This document shows, in pieces, positions 24,175-33,795 of a stretch of DNA of 64,000 bases (positions are counted from its first letter, which is position 1; every line of letters starts with the position of its first letter). Source of the DNA: Polyangiaceae bacterium. Lineage in GTDB: Bacteria; Myxococcota_A; Polyangia; Polyangiales; Polyangiaceae. The position numbers and the translations under genes are program-made. Below the pieces are notes generated by a model. That model saw only the letters and a list, made by a program, of their open reading frames with translations. It ran no database searches and was not told the origin of the DNA. The DNA is taken from positions 64,001 through 128,000 of the forward strand of contig JAPSGB010000011.1 in NCBI GenBank assembly GCA_035063585.1, written 5' to 3'.

Positions 24175-25083
24175 GTGGATCTGAACCGCGTCGCGGTCGC
24201 CATCGAGGTGGTCGAGCGCGGGAGCTTCACCGCCGCCGCGCGGAGCCTCGGGGTGCCGAAGTCATCGGTGAGCCGGAGCGTGTCGCAGCTCGAGGCGGAG
24301 CTCGGCGTCGCGCTCTTGCGCCGCACCACGCGCAGGCTCGCGCTCACCGAGGCCGGCGAGGCGTGGTACGAGCGCGCTCGGCGAGCGCTCGGCGAGCTCG
24401 AGGAGGCGAACGCGCTGGTCGCTCGAGGTGAACGCGCGCCGCGCGGACGCGTGCGGCTCACCGCGCCGCCCGACTACGCCGCGTCGCTCGGCCGCGCGCT
24501 GGTCGAGTTCGGCGCGCGGCACCCGGGCGTCTCGGTCGAGGTGGTGCTCACCGCCCAGCGGCTCGATCTGGTCGCCGACGGGATCGATCTCGCGCTCCGC
24601 GCCGGGCGCCTGGAGGACTCGAGTCTGGTCGTACGCAAGCTGTCGACCGCGGACTTCGGGCTCTTCGCCGCGCCCGCCTACCTCGCCGAGCGCGGGCGAC
24701 CGCGCGCCCCGGACGAGCTCGCGAGCCACGCCTGCGTGCTCTTCCGCGCGAGCCACGGTCGCGCGGTCTGGCGGCTCGAGGGGCCGCGGGGTCAGGTGCG
24801 CGCCGAGGTCACCGGGCGGCTCGCGAGTGACAACATGGATTTTACACTCGAGGCGGTGGCGGCGGGCGCCGGGATCGGGCTCTTGCCGCAGGCGCGGAGC
24901 CTGGCGCTGCTCGGCGAGCGCCGCATCGAGCGCGTCCTACCGGCGTGGCACGTCGCGGGCGGGGCGCTCTCCATCGTGTATCCCGCGACGCGCTTCCTGC
25001 CCCGGCGCGCCGAGCTCCTGCGCGATTTCCTGGTGGAACGTTTCGGGACGAGCGGAGGAGGCGCGCGCCGCGCCCGGTCGTGA
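24175..25083 (+). CDS. LysR-family transcriptional regulator (CrgA/DmlR-like)
   Basis: GSFTAAARSLG.PKSSVSR..LE..LGV.LL.RTTR; DLVADGIDLALR. Confidence 0.93.
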   Translation: MDLNRVAVAIEVVERGSFTAAARSLGVPKSSVSRSVSQLEAELGVALLRRTTRRLALTEAGEAWYERARRALGELEEANALVARGERAPRGRVRLTAPPDYAASLGRALVEFGARHPGVSVEVVLTAQRLDLVADGIDLALRAGRLEDSSLVVRKLSTADFGLFAAPAYLAERGRPRAPDELASHACVLFRASHGRAVWRLEGPRGQVRAEVTGRLASDNMDFTLEAVAAGAGIGLLPQARSLALLGERRIERVLPAWHVAGGALSIVYPATRFLPRRAELLRDFLVERFGTSGGGARRARS

Positions 25084-25148
25084 GGGCGCGGCGCCGCGGC
25101 GCAGGGCCGCTGTCGCGGGGGCGGCGCGTGGTGTATGCTCGGAGCGCG

Positions 25149-25988
25149 ATGCGCGCGGTCTTCGAAGCCCTGCTCGCCGAGCTCGACGCCGGGCGCCCCG
25201 CGGTGCTCGCGACGGTGGTCGCGACGCAGGGCTCGGCGCCGCAGGTGGTGGGCGCGCGGCTGCTCTACCGAGCGGACGGCACCATCGTCGGCACGGTGGG
25301 CGGCGGGCGCATCGAGGCGCTCGTCCTCGAGCGGGCGGCGGCCGTGCTCGGCTCCCGAGAGAGCGAGCTCGTGAAGCGCCACCTCGTGCACGAGCTCGGG
25401 ATGTGCTGCGGCGGCGCGATGGAAATCCTGGTCGAGCCCATCGAGGAGCGCCCGCGGCTCGTGCTGATGGGCGCGGGGCACGTCGCGCAGGCGACCGCGC
25501 GGCTGGCGGCCGGGGTCGGCTTCGACGTCACCGTGGTCGATGCCCGAGAGGAGCTGAACGACGAGGCGCACTTCGCTGGCGCGGCGCACGTGCTCGCCGA
25601 GCCGGCGGAGGCCGTCCGGCGCGGGCTCATCGCGTTCACACCGGGCACCTACGTCGTGATCGCGACCCACGAGCACCGCCTCGACGAAGAGGCGCTCGCG
25701 GCCTGCCTCGACGTGCCGCGCCGCTACCTCGGCATGATCGGCTCGCGTCGCAAGGTGCTTCGGATCTTCCAGCGCATCCTCGCGCGCCGGCCGGAGGCGC
25801 CGCTCGACGAGGTGCGCGCGCCGATCGGGCTCGATTTGGGCGGCCGCACCCCCGAGGAGATCGCGCTGGCGATCGCCGGGGAGCTGGTGTCGGTGCGGCG
25901 CGGTGGCACCGCGGCGGCGCTCGCGCGCGGCGCGGCGCGCCCCGCGCGCGAGACGGACGCGCCGCGCGCGGACGACCACGTCGACTGA
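25149..25988 (+). CDS. xdhC: XdhC/CoxI-family molybdoenzyme maturation factor
   Basis: GSAP..GA, GTVGGG, LGMCCGG, GAGHV, YLGMIGSRRK, APIGLDLG..TPEEIA. Confidence 0.88.
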   Translation: MRAVFEALLAELDAGRPAVLATVVATQGSAPQVVGARLLYRADGTIVGTVGGGRIEALVLERAAAVLGSRESELVKRHLVHELGMCCGGAMEILVEPIEERPRLVLMGAGHVAQATARLAAGVGFDVTVVDAREELNDEAHFAGAAHVLAEPAEAVRRGLIAFTPGTYVVIATHEHRLDEEALAACLDVPRRYLGMIGSRRKVLRIFQRILARRPEAPLDEVRAPIGLDLGGRTPEEIALAIAGELVSVRRGGTAAALARGAARPARETDAPRADDHVD

Positions 25989-26608
25989 TGGCGCGCCGAG
26001 CCGGCATTTCCCCGGAGCGGGTCGGCGGGATCGTGCTCGCGGCCGGGGCGTCGGTGCGGGCTGGGTGCTCGAAGGCGCTCGCGACGCTCGACGGCGAGCC
26101 GTTCGTGCTCCGCGTGGCGCGCGCGCTCAGCGAGGGCGGCGCGGCGGAGGTGGTGGTCGTGGTCGGGCCGCCGCGGGAGGCGGCGATCCGCGCGGCGCTC
26201 TCGGCCGCCGAGCTCGTCGGCGTGCGCGCCGCGCGCAATCCCGCGCCCGAGCGCGGGATGCGAAGCTCGATGCTGGTGGGGCTCGACGCGCTCGGGGCGG
26301 TGGACGCGGCGCTCGTCGCGCTGGTCGATCAGCCGCGGGTGCGCGCGGACACCATCGCGGCGCTCCTTGGCGCGCCCGGCGCGCCGCTCGTCCGGCCCGT
26401 CTACGCGGGCGCGCGCGGGCATCCGATCCTGGTGCGGCGGGCGCTCTTTGCGGCGCTCCGCGACGCGCCCGACGGCGCGAGCGCGCGCGACGCGCTCGCG
26501 GGCGCGCCGGCCGTGGATCTCGACGTCGACGATCCGGGCGTGGCGGACCGGCTCGACACGCTGGAGGCGATTCGCCGGGCGGGCGGGCGGGCTCCCGGCG
26601 CCGGCTGA
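25988..26608 (+). CDS. mocA: Molybdenum cofactor cytidylyltransferase-like nucleotidyltransferase
   Basis: IVLAAGASVRAG..KAL, LVDQP, RGHP; TGATG coupling to xdhC. Confidence 0.8.
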   Translation: MARRAGISPERVGGIVLAAGASVRAGCSKALATLDGEPFVLRVARALSEGGAAEVVVVVGPPREAAIRAALSAAELVGVRAARNPAPERGMRSSMLVGLDALGAVDAALVALVDQPRVRADTIAALLGAPGAPLVRPVYAGARGHPILVRRALFAALRDAPDGASARDALAGAPAVDLDVDDPGVADRLDTLEAIRRAGGRAPGAG

Positions 26609-26612
26609 CGCG

Positions 26613-27599
26613 CTAGCTCGTCATCGCCGCGCGGAGCGCGCGCTTCACGAACACCGGCACCATCTCGTGGCGGTACTCCGGATCGCCCGGGATGTTCGCG
26701 ACCGGGCGGCACTGCTTGTGGGCCTGCGCCGCGATGCGCTCGAGGGCGTCCTCGACGGCGCCGGCGGCGCGGTCGCGGAGCGCCTCGGCGACGCCCTTCA
26801 CGCGCACCGGACGCGCCTGCAGCGCGCCGACGACCACGTCGGCGTCGGCGATGCGCTCGCCGTCGAAGTCGACCCGCGCCGCGACGCCGAGGAGCGGGAA
26901 ATCGATGGAGCCGCGGGCGCGCAGCTTCTCGTAGGCGCCGCGGTGCCCGGGCGCTTGCTTCGGGATGCGGAGCGCGGTGAGCAGCTCGCCCGGCTCGAGG
27001 GTGCGGTTCGAGACGCCGTCGGGCTTGAAGAAGGCGTCGACCGCGACCGTCCGCGAGCTTCCGCGCCGGGCCAGCATCATCTCGGCCCCGAGCGTGCAGA
27101 GGGGAGGCACGGTGTCGGCGTCCTGCGCGGCCACGCAGCGGCGCCCGCTCTCGACCACGTGGCACTTCGTGCCGTCCTTCTTGAGGCAGAAGCCGAGGCT
27201 CTCGCGCCAGAAGTGGCTCTGATTGATGAAGCGGCAGCGGGTGTCGAGCAGCACGTTGCCGCCGAGCGTGCCGGTGCGGCGGAGCTGCGGGCCGCTCACG
27301 AGCCCGGCGGCGACGGAGAGCGCGGGGGCGTGCGCGCGTACGACCTCGCTCGCCGCGACCTCCTCGAGCGGCGTCATGGCGCCGATGACGAGCGCGCCGT
27401 CCGGGTCGGCGCGGACGCCGCGCAGCTCCGCGATGCCAGCGAGCGCGACCAGCGCGCCGGGCGTCGCGACCCGATGCTTCATGTTGGGGAGGAGATCGGT
27501 GCCGCCAGCTATAGGCTGAGCTTCTGGATTCTCGAGAATAACGAGGGCTTCGCTTATGGACGACGGGCGGTGGAGCTCGAAGCGAGGCAGGCGCAGCAT
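26613..27599 (-). CDS. Molybdenum hydroxylase FAD subunit with [4Fe-4S] insert (HcrB-like)
   Basis: MLRLPRF..AGGTDLLPNMK, GTLGGN, four-Cys insert RCRFINQSHFWRESLGFCLKKDGTKCHVVESGRRC; TAATG coupling. Confidence 0.88.
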   Translation of the reverse strand: MLRLPRFELHRPSSISEALVILENPEAQPIAGGTDLLPNMKHRVATPGALVALAGIAELRGVRADPDGALVIGAMTPLEEVAASEVVRAHAPALSVAAGLVSGPQLRRTGTLGGNVLLDTRCRFINQSHFWRESLGFCLKKDGTKCHVVESGRRCVAAQDADTVPPLCTLGAEMMLARRGSSRTVAVDAFFKPDGVSNRTLEPGELLTALRIPKQAPGHRGAYEKLRARGSIDFPLLGVAARVDFDGERIADADVVVGALQARPVRVKGVAEALRDRAAGAVEDALERIAAQAHKQCRPVANIPGDPEYRHEMVPVFVKRALRAAMTS

Positions 27600-29980
27600 T
27601 ATTCCTGCTCCTTCAGCGCGGCGACGCGCAGCGGCCGGGCGGCGATGAGCCGCTCGGCCTCGCGCTCGCGCTGCTCGCGGAGCGCGCGGAGCACCTTCCC
27701 CGGGGAGAACGGCAGGTGACGCAGGCGGATCCCGACGGCGTCGTAGATGGCGTTGCTCACCGCGGGGATGACGGAGTGGAGCGGCCCTTCGCCGGCCTCC
27801 TTCGCGCCGTAGGGGCCCTCGGGATCGATGCTCTCGATGATGTGCGAGTGGAGCTCGGGGGTGTCGAGGGTGGTCGGGAGCCGGTAGTCGAGCAGCGACG
27901 GGCCGAGGTGGAGCCCGCGCGCGTCGACCGCGTGCTCCTCGAGCACGATTTCCCCAGCGCCCATGTAGGTGCAGCCCTGGATTTGGCCGTGCACGAGGTG
28001 CGGGTTGAGGGCGCGCCCGCAGTCGTGGCCGACCCACACCTTCTCGATGCGGAGCTGCCCCGTCTCGACGTCGACCGACACCTCGGCGACGTGCGCGGTG
28101 AACGAGTACGCGGGCGACGCGCCGATCGCGCCGCCGCGGTAGCCCTTGCCGAGAGGCGGCGAGTTGTAAGAGCCGGTCGAGCCGAGGGTGTCGAAGCGCT
28201 CCTCCGCGACGCGAAAGGCGTCGCGGGTGCTCATGCGGCGCTCGCCTCCGAGCTCCACCGCCTCGCCGCCGTGGAGCTCTACCTGGCCTTCCGCGACCCC
28301 CCATTTCTCGGCGACCGCGCGCACCACCGTGCGGCGGAGCTTGCGCGCGGCGTCGATGGTGGCGTTGCCGACCATGAAGGTGACGCGGCTCGAATACGAG
28401 CCGAGATCGACCGGGCAGAGATCGGTGTCGGCGGCGATCACGCGCACGTCTTCCGGGTCCATCCCGAGCTCTTCGGCGACGATCACCCGCACCACCGTGC
28501 TCGAGCCCTGGCCGATCTCGTTGCTGCCGGTGAACGCCGTGACGAGCCCCGAGCGGTCGGCCTTCAGCTGGATGCCGGCCTGCGGCATCTCGTTCGGGTA
28601 AATCGGGTAGTTGGTGCCCGAGATGTACATCGAGCCGGCGACCCCGAGCCCGCGGCCGAACGGAAGCTGGCCGCGCCGCTCGCGCCACCCGCTCGCTCGC
28701 TCCACGGCGTCGAGGCACTCGAGGAAGCCGCTCGAGGTGACGCGCTGGTCGTTCACCGTCTGCACGTAAGCGCCCTGGTAGTTCTTTCGGCGAAGCTCGA
28801 TGGGGTCCATGCCGAGCTTTGCGGCGAGCTCGTCGAGCTGCACCTCGAAGGCGAACCGCGGCTGCACCGAGCCGTGCCCGCGCTTCGGGCCGCAGGGCGG
28901 CTTGTTGGTGAAGACGCGCGTCGAGTCGAAGCGGTAGGTAGGGAAGTGATAGGGCCCGGTGAGGAGCTGGCCCGCGTAGTACGTGGTGACCAGGCCGTAG
29001 GAGCTGTACGCCCCGCCGTCGATGACGATCTTGGCGTCGACGCCGGTGAGCTTGCCGTCCTTGGTGGCGCCGGTGCGGTAGCGCATCTTCATGGGGTGGC
29101 GGCCGCGGTGCGCGTAGAACACCTCCTCGCGGCTCCAGAGCATCTTCACCGGCCTCCCGGTGACGATGGCGAGCTTGGCCGCGCAAAACTCGAGCGAGAA
29201 GGGATCCGATTTCCCGCCGAAGGCGCCGCCCAGGGTCGGCTGGATGACCCGCACCCGCGTCTCGGCGAGCCCGAGCACCTTGGCGAGCGCGCGGTGCACG
29301 TAGTGGCTGATCTGCGTGCTCGACCACACCGTGAGCACGCCGTCGGCGCCGTAGCGCGCGACCGCGCAGTGCGGCTCCATCGCCGCGTGGGTGGTGCCGT
29401 GGAACGAGTAGTCGCCCTCGACGACCACCTCGGCGCCGTCGAGCGCGGCGTCGAGGTCGCCGAACTCGAGGTGCACGTGCTTCGAGACGTTCCCGTGCTT
29501 GGCGTTCTCGGGGATGATCGCCTCCGAGTGCGCGAGCGCCTCCTCGGGGTCGAGGAAGGCCGGGAGCTGCTCGTAGGTGACCTGGATGAGCGCGAGCGCG
29601 TCGATGGCGGTGTCTTCATCGAGCGCCGCGACCGCGGCCACCGGCTCACCGACGTAGCGGACCTTGTCGACGGCGAGCGCCGTCTCGTCCTCCGTCCACG
29701 GCAAGATGCCGTACTTTTCCGAGAGCTCCTCGCCGGTGATGACGGCGAGGACGCCCGGGAGCGCGCGGGCGCGCGAGGCGTCGATGCCGGCGATCCGCGC
29801 GTGCGGGTGCGGGCTCCGCAGCATCTTCGAGTGGAGCATGCCGGGGAGCTGGAGGTCGTCGGTGTAGACGGCCGCGCCGGTCGCCTTGTCGATGCCGTCG
29901 ACCTTGCGCTGCGCCTTGCCGACGACCGAGAAATCCTTCCCCCAGGGAGCCTCCGGCCCGTGGAGGTCGCGCGCGCCCAT
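27599..29980 (-). CDS. Molybdenum hydroxylase molybdopterin subunit (HcrA-like)
   Basis: KATGAAVYTDD, RSPHPHA, GGAFGGK, CGPKRGHG, GSYSSR, GPYGAKEAGEG. Confidence 0.9.
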   Translation of the reverse strand: MGARDLHGPEAPWGKDFSVVGKAQRKVDGIDKATGAAVYTDDLQLPGMLHSKMLRSPHPHARIAGIDASRARALPGVLAVITGEELSEKYGILPWTEDETALAVDKVRYVGEPVAAVAALDEDTAIDALALIQVTYEQLPAFLDPEEALAHSEAIIPENAKHGNVSKHVHLEFGDLDAALDGAEVVVEGDYSFHGTTHAAMEPHCAVARYGADGVLTVWSSTQISHYVHRALAKVLGLAETRVRVIQPTLGGAFGGKSDPFSLEFCAAKLAIVTGRPVKMLWSREEVFYAHRGRHPMKMRYRTGATKDGKLTGVDAKIVIDGGAYSSYGLVTTYYAGQLLTGPYHFPTYRFDSTRVFTNKPPCGPKRGHGSVQPRFAFEVQLDELAAKLGMDPIELRRKNYQGAYVQTVNDQRVTSSGFLECLDAVERASGWRERRGQLPFGRGLGVAGSMYISGTNYPIYPNEMPQAGIQLKADRSGLVTAFTGSNEIGQGSSTVVRVIVAEELGMDPEDVRVIAADTDLCPVDLGSYSSRVTFMVGNATIDAARKLRRTVVRAVAEKWGVAEGQVELHGGEAVELGGERRMSTRDAFRVAEERFDTLGSTGSYNSPPLGKGYRGGAIGASPAYSFTAHVAEVSVDVETGQLRIEKVWVGHDCGRALNPHLVHGQIQGCTYMGAGEIVLEEHAVDARGLHLGPSLLDYRLPTTLDTPELHSHIIESIDPEGPYGAKEAGEGPLHSVIPAVSNAIYDAVGIRLRHLPFSPGKVLRALREQREREAERLIAARPLRVAALKEQE

Positions 29981-30471
29981 CAGCTCGCTCCCTTCGTGGT
30001 GCGGGCGGCGAGCTCCACCGCCTCGATGATCTGGGTGTAGCCCGTGCAGCGGCAGAGGTTCCCCGCGAGGGCTTCTCGAATCTCGCGCGGCGTGGGCGAG
30101 GGGTTCTTCGCGAGCAGCGCCTTGGTCGTGAGGATCATCGCCGATTGGCAGAACCCGCACTGGAGCGCGCCGGTCTGCTCGAAGGCCTCCTGGATCGGGT
30201 CGGCGCCGGCGCCGCCGCGCGCCCGGTGCGCCGGCATGAGCCCCTCGATGGTCGTAATCTCGTGCCCCTCGGCGAGCGCGGCGAGCGTCATGCAGCTCAT
30301 CACCGGCTCGCCGTCGAGGAGCACCGTGCAGGCGCCGCAGTCGCCCTTGTCGCAGCCCTGCTTCGTGCCGGTGAGCCCGAGCTTGTAGCGGAGCACCTCG
30401 AGCAGGGTGTGGTGGTCGGGGGCGGCGACCTCGAAGGGCTCGCCGTTCACCTGCAGCTTCAGGACTCGCAC
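29980..30471 (-). CDS. Molybdenum hydroxylase [2Fe-2S] subunit (HcrC-like)
   Basis: GTKQGCDKGDCGACTVL, QCGFC, GNLCRCTGY; GTG start at 30471. Confidence 0.9.
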   Translation of the reverse strand: MRVLKLQVNGEPFEVAAPDHHTLLEVLRYKLGLTGTKQGCDKGDCGACTVLLDGEPVMSCMTLAALAEGHEITTIEGLMPAHRARGGAGADPIQEAFEQTGALQCGFCQSAMILTTKALLAKNPSPTPREIREALAGNLCRCTGYTQIIEAVELAARTTKGAS

Positions 30472-30650
30472 GCCCCGACTATCCCGCAATTCGAGCGGTC
30501 GTCCCACGGGAATGTTCCGTAGCGTCGCGACGCGGTGCGCTATCGCCCTGGCCGCTCCGCGCGCGGCCGCGCCCGTCCCGAGGGCGGTCGGCCAGGAGCC
30601 GAGGGTGCCGGTCCGGCGCGGCCGGCGGCGCGCCCCGCGGAGCGGCGCGC

Positions 30651-31145
30651 TCAGCCGTCGTCGTCGAGGGGCTCGAGGCGCGAGTAGGTGCCGCGCCAGT
30701 ACACGAGCGGCGCGCCCGCGTCGGAGTCGGCCGACAGCACGCGACCGATGAAGATGTCGTGGTCGCCGCCGTGACAAATGTCGGCGACCTCGCACTCGGC
30801 GCGCGCGAGCGTACCGGGTAAGAGCGGGCAGCCCGTCCGCGGGCCGGGGTGCCACTCGATCCCCGCGAAGCGGTCGCCCTCGAGCGCCGAGAAGCGCACC
30901 GACCAGTGGCGCTGGCCCGCGGCGAGCACGTTGACGGCGAACTTGCGGCCCACCCGCATCGGCCCGTGCGCGCGCGCCGTGCGATCCACGCACACGAGGC
31001 AGAGCGGCGGGTCGAGAGAGACACTCGTGAACGCGGTGGCGGTGAGCGCGTGCGGGGTGCCGTCGGCGTCGAGCGTGGTGACGACCGTCACGCTCGACGC
31101 GAACGAGCCCATGAGCGCGCGAAAATCCTCGTCCCGGACGGCCAC
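30651..31145 (-). CDS. Flavin reductase family protein
   Basis: FASSVTVVT, FTSVSLDPPL, GGDHDIFIG, PLVYWRG. Confidence 0.9.
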   Translation of the reverse strand: MAVRDEDFRALMGSFASSVTVVTTLDADGTPHALTATAFTSVSLDPPLCLVCVDRTARAHGPMRVGRKFAVNVLAAGQRHWSVRFSALEGDRFAGIEWHPGPRTGCPLLPGTLARAECEVADICHGGDHDIFIGRVLSADSDAGAPLVYWRGTYSRLEPLDDDG

Positions 31146-31181
31146 CCGCGGAGGCTAGCACAGCGGATTTAGTAAAGTGTA

Positions 31182-32313
31182 CTATAAAGTATCCGGGGCC
31201 TCCGGCGAGAGCACCGCGCACGAAGACGCCTTGAACACCGCGAACGCGCCGAGCCCCGGGGCGAGCCCGAGCTCCTCGTACGCCTCGAGGCTGATTTCGA
31301 CGAAGAGCTCGGGGACGTCCGGCGCGAGGGCGACGCGCGCCACCGCGCGGGGACCGGCGGTGCGGAGCGCGGTCACCGTGCAGGGCGCGACGTTGCGCGC
31401 GGACAGACCCGCCGGGCGGTCCCGCGCGAGGATGACGTCGCGCGCCGGGATCGCGACGAGCGCGGCGGCGCCCGCCGGGAGCGCGCTCGAGCGGGTGAAG
31501 ACGGTGACCGACTCGCCGAGCCGCACCACCGCGCCGGCGTCGCTCGGGGCGAGCACGCGGCAGGGGAGCAGGTTCTCGACGCCGCCCTCGGAGAGCGAGA
31601 AGAGCTCGGGATCGGCGAGGACCTCGCGCGGCTGCCCGCGCCCGACCGCGACGCCCTCGCGCAGCACGAGCACCTCGTCGGCGAGCGCGAGGAGCTCGTT
31701 CGGGTCGTGCGACACGAGCAGCATCGGCGCCGAGGTCTCGTCGCGGACGCGCTGGAGCAGGGGCAGGAGCCGCCGGCGGAGCGGCAGATCGAGCGCGGCG
31801 AGCGGCTCGTCGAGCAGGAGCAGCGCCGGGTCCGAGGCGAGCGCGCGGCCGAGCGCGACCCGCTGCCGCTCGCCGCCCGAGAGCGAAGCGACCGGACGCG
31901 TGAGCAGCCGCTCGAGCCCGAGGATGCGGGTGAGGTCGGCGAGCGACTGCTCGACGTCTCGGCCGCGAGCGCGCGCGCGCCGAGTGCCCGCGCGGAGGTT
32001 GCCGGCCACGTCGAGGTGCGGGAAGAGGAGCGCGTCCTGCGGCACGTAGCCGGTGCGGCGCGCCTCCGGCGTGAGGCGGACCCCGCGGGCGTCGTCGAGC
32101 CAGGTCTCGTCGCCGAGCCGGATGACGCCGCGCGCGTCCCTGCGGAGACCGGCGAGGCTCTCGAGCAGGCTCGTCTTGCCAGAGCCGGACGGCCCGAACA
32201 CGCCGAGCACCCGCGCGGTCGACTCGAAGGCGACGCGGAGCGGAAATCGGTCGAGCGCGAGCGTGAGCTCGACCGTGAGGGGAGGCGGCGAGGCGGGCGT
32301 GGGGCCCGAGCAT
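31182..32313 (-). CDS. modC: Molybdate ABC transporter ATP-binding protein (start anomalous)
   Basis: GPSGSGKT, LSGGERQR, LLDEP, VSHD, C-terminal Mop/TOBE region. ModC-like sequence extends 5' of the GTG at 32210, but the ATG at 32313 is out of frame. Confidence 0.8.
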
Positions 32314-32346
32314 ATTCGAACCTCGCCCCCCCAGCCACGCGCCCGG

Positions 32347-33279
32347 TCAGTCTTCGAGCGTGCCGTACTTTCCGCGCTCGAAGTCGCGGGCGGCCTCGAC
32401 GATCTCCTCGCGGGTGTTCATCACGAACGGCCCGTAGGCGGCGATCGGCTCGTCGATGGGCTCGCCCGCGAGCACCAGGAGCTCGGCGCCGGGGGCGGCC
32501 TCGAGCGCGATGCGCGCGCCGTCGCGGGCGAAGATGACGAAGTCGTGCTGGCGCGCGCTCTGCCCACCGGCGAGCGCCGCGCTCCCGGCCATCACGAGCA
32601 CCGCCGCGTTGTAGCTCGGAGGGAGCTCGAACGCGACCTCGCCGCCCGCCGTCGCGAGGACGTGGAGCACGCTCATCGGCGTGAAGGTGCGCGCCGGCCC
32701 GCGCGTGCCGAGCGCCTCGCCGGCGATGACGCGCACCGTGCCCGCGCCGCTCGGGAGCCGCACCTCGGGGATGTCCGCCGCGACGATGCTCTGGTAGCCG
32801 GGCGGGTCGTTCTTGTTCGCGCGCGGCAGGTTCACCCAGAGCTGCGCCATCTGCATCGGGCCGCCCGCGCGCGCCCACTCGGCCTCGTGATATTCCTTGT
32901 GCAGGATGCCGGAGGCGGCGGTCATCCACTGCACGTCGCCGGGCCCGATGACCCCGCCCGCGCCGGTGCTGTCGCGGTGCGCGACGCTGCCCTGGAAGGC
33001 GAGCGTCACGGTCTCGAAGCCGCGGTGGGGGTGCACCCCGACCCCGCGTGGCTTCGGGGTCGGCGAGTAGTGATACTCCGGGTGGTAGTCGAGCAGGAGG
33101 AACGGATCGAGCCGCCGCATCGCGTTCGGGATCGCGGAAAAATACCCCGCGACGCGGAAGCCGTCGCCGACCCAGTGATACCCGGGGCTCGGGTAGATCC
33201 CTTCGATCGAGCGCGCGGAGGCGCTCGGCCCGGCGATGGGTCTCGGGTCCGTCTCGGGGCGGTGGGCGGGCTGCGTCAT
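32347..33279 (-). CDS. Pirin family protein
   Basis: DPFLLLD, HPHRGFETVT, QWMTAASGILHKE, QLWVNLP, YGPFVMN. Confidence 0.94.
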   Translation of the reverse strand: MTQPAHRPETDPRPIAGPSASARSIEGIYPSPGYHWVGDGFRVAGYFSAIPNAMRRLDPFLLLDYHPEYHYSPTPKPRGVGVHPHRGFETVTLAFQGSVAHRDSTGAGGVIGPGDVQWMTAASGILHKEYHEAEWARAGGPMQMAQLWVNLPRANKNDPPGYQSIVAADIPEVRLPSGAGTVRVIAGEALGTRGPARTFTPMSVLHVLATAGGEVAFELPPSYNAAVLVMAGSAALAGGQSARQHDFVIFARDGARIALEAAPGAELLVLAGEPIDEPIAAYGPFVMNTREEIVEAARDFERGKYGTLED

Positions 33280-33449
33280 GGGGTGGCCTCGTGCTGCGGC
33301 GTGAGCGCCGCCGAGGACTCCACATAAGGCTACGAGGCCCGCTTGGCCAGCCCGCGGCGCGCGCGCTTCCCCGAATACTTGGCCCGCGGACTCGGGACCG
33401 GATAGCGCGGAGGCAAGACCGTCTGCGGTCCGAGAAGGGGAAAGCCCGG

Positions 33450-33620
33450 ATGTCGAACGACAACCTGTGGTCACTGGCGCTGCTCCTCGTGTTCGAGCTC
33501 CCGCTGCTCGGGCTCCTCGTCCGGCGGCGACGTCCAGCGCCGAGCTCGCTCGTCGAGGACGCCTACCGGCTCGGCGAGCGCGCCCGGCGCCCGGCGCTCC
33601 TGACGGGCAAGGCGCGCTGA
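33450..33620 (+). CDS. Small single-TM hypothetical protein (56 aa)
   Basis: Purine-rich SD-like GAAGGGGA; MSNDNLWSLALLLVFELPLLGLLVRRRR (TM followed by basic residues). Confidence 0.5.
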   Translation: MSNDNLWSLALLLVFELPLLGLLVRRRRPAPSSLVEDAYRLGERARRPALLTGKAR

Positions 33621-33621
33621 C

Positions 33622-33650
33622 CGCCGCGCCGCCGGCCGCGACGGACCGGC
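33622..33650 (+). repeat. 29-bp direct repeat, copy 1
   Basis: CGCCGCGCCGCCGGCCGCGACGGACCGGC, identical to 36433-36461. Confidence 0.8.
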
Positions 33651-33795
33651 AAATCCTCGGGGGCTTCCCGAGCGGAGCGAGCCTGAGACGAGGGAGGCCG
33701 TTGCCTGACGCGCTGCGGCAGGCTAGCTTCCGCGCGGCGCCGAGCCGGGCCTCGGCCGCGGCGCCGAGGAACGACACTCGCTACGAGGAGCCGGC

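Noticed and set aside
29980..32313. 777-aa ORF read as a fusion protein
   Set aside because: Only the last ~163 codons (the 2Fe-2S subunit) are real; the rest overlaps modC and the flavin reductase in other frames.
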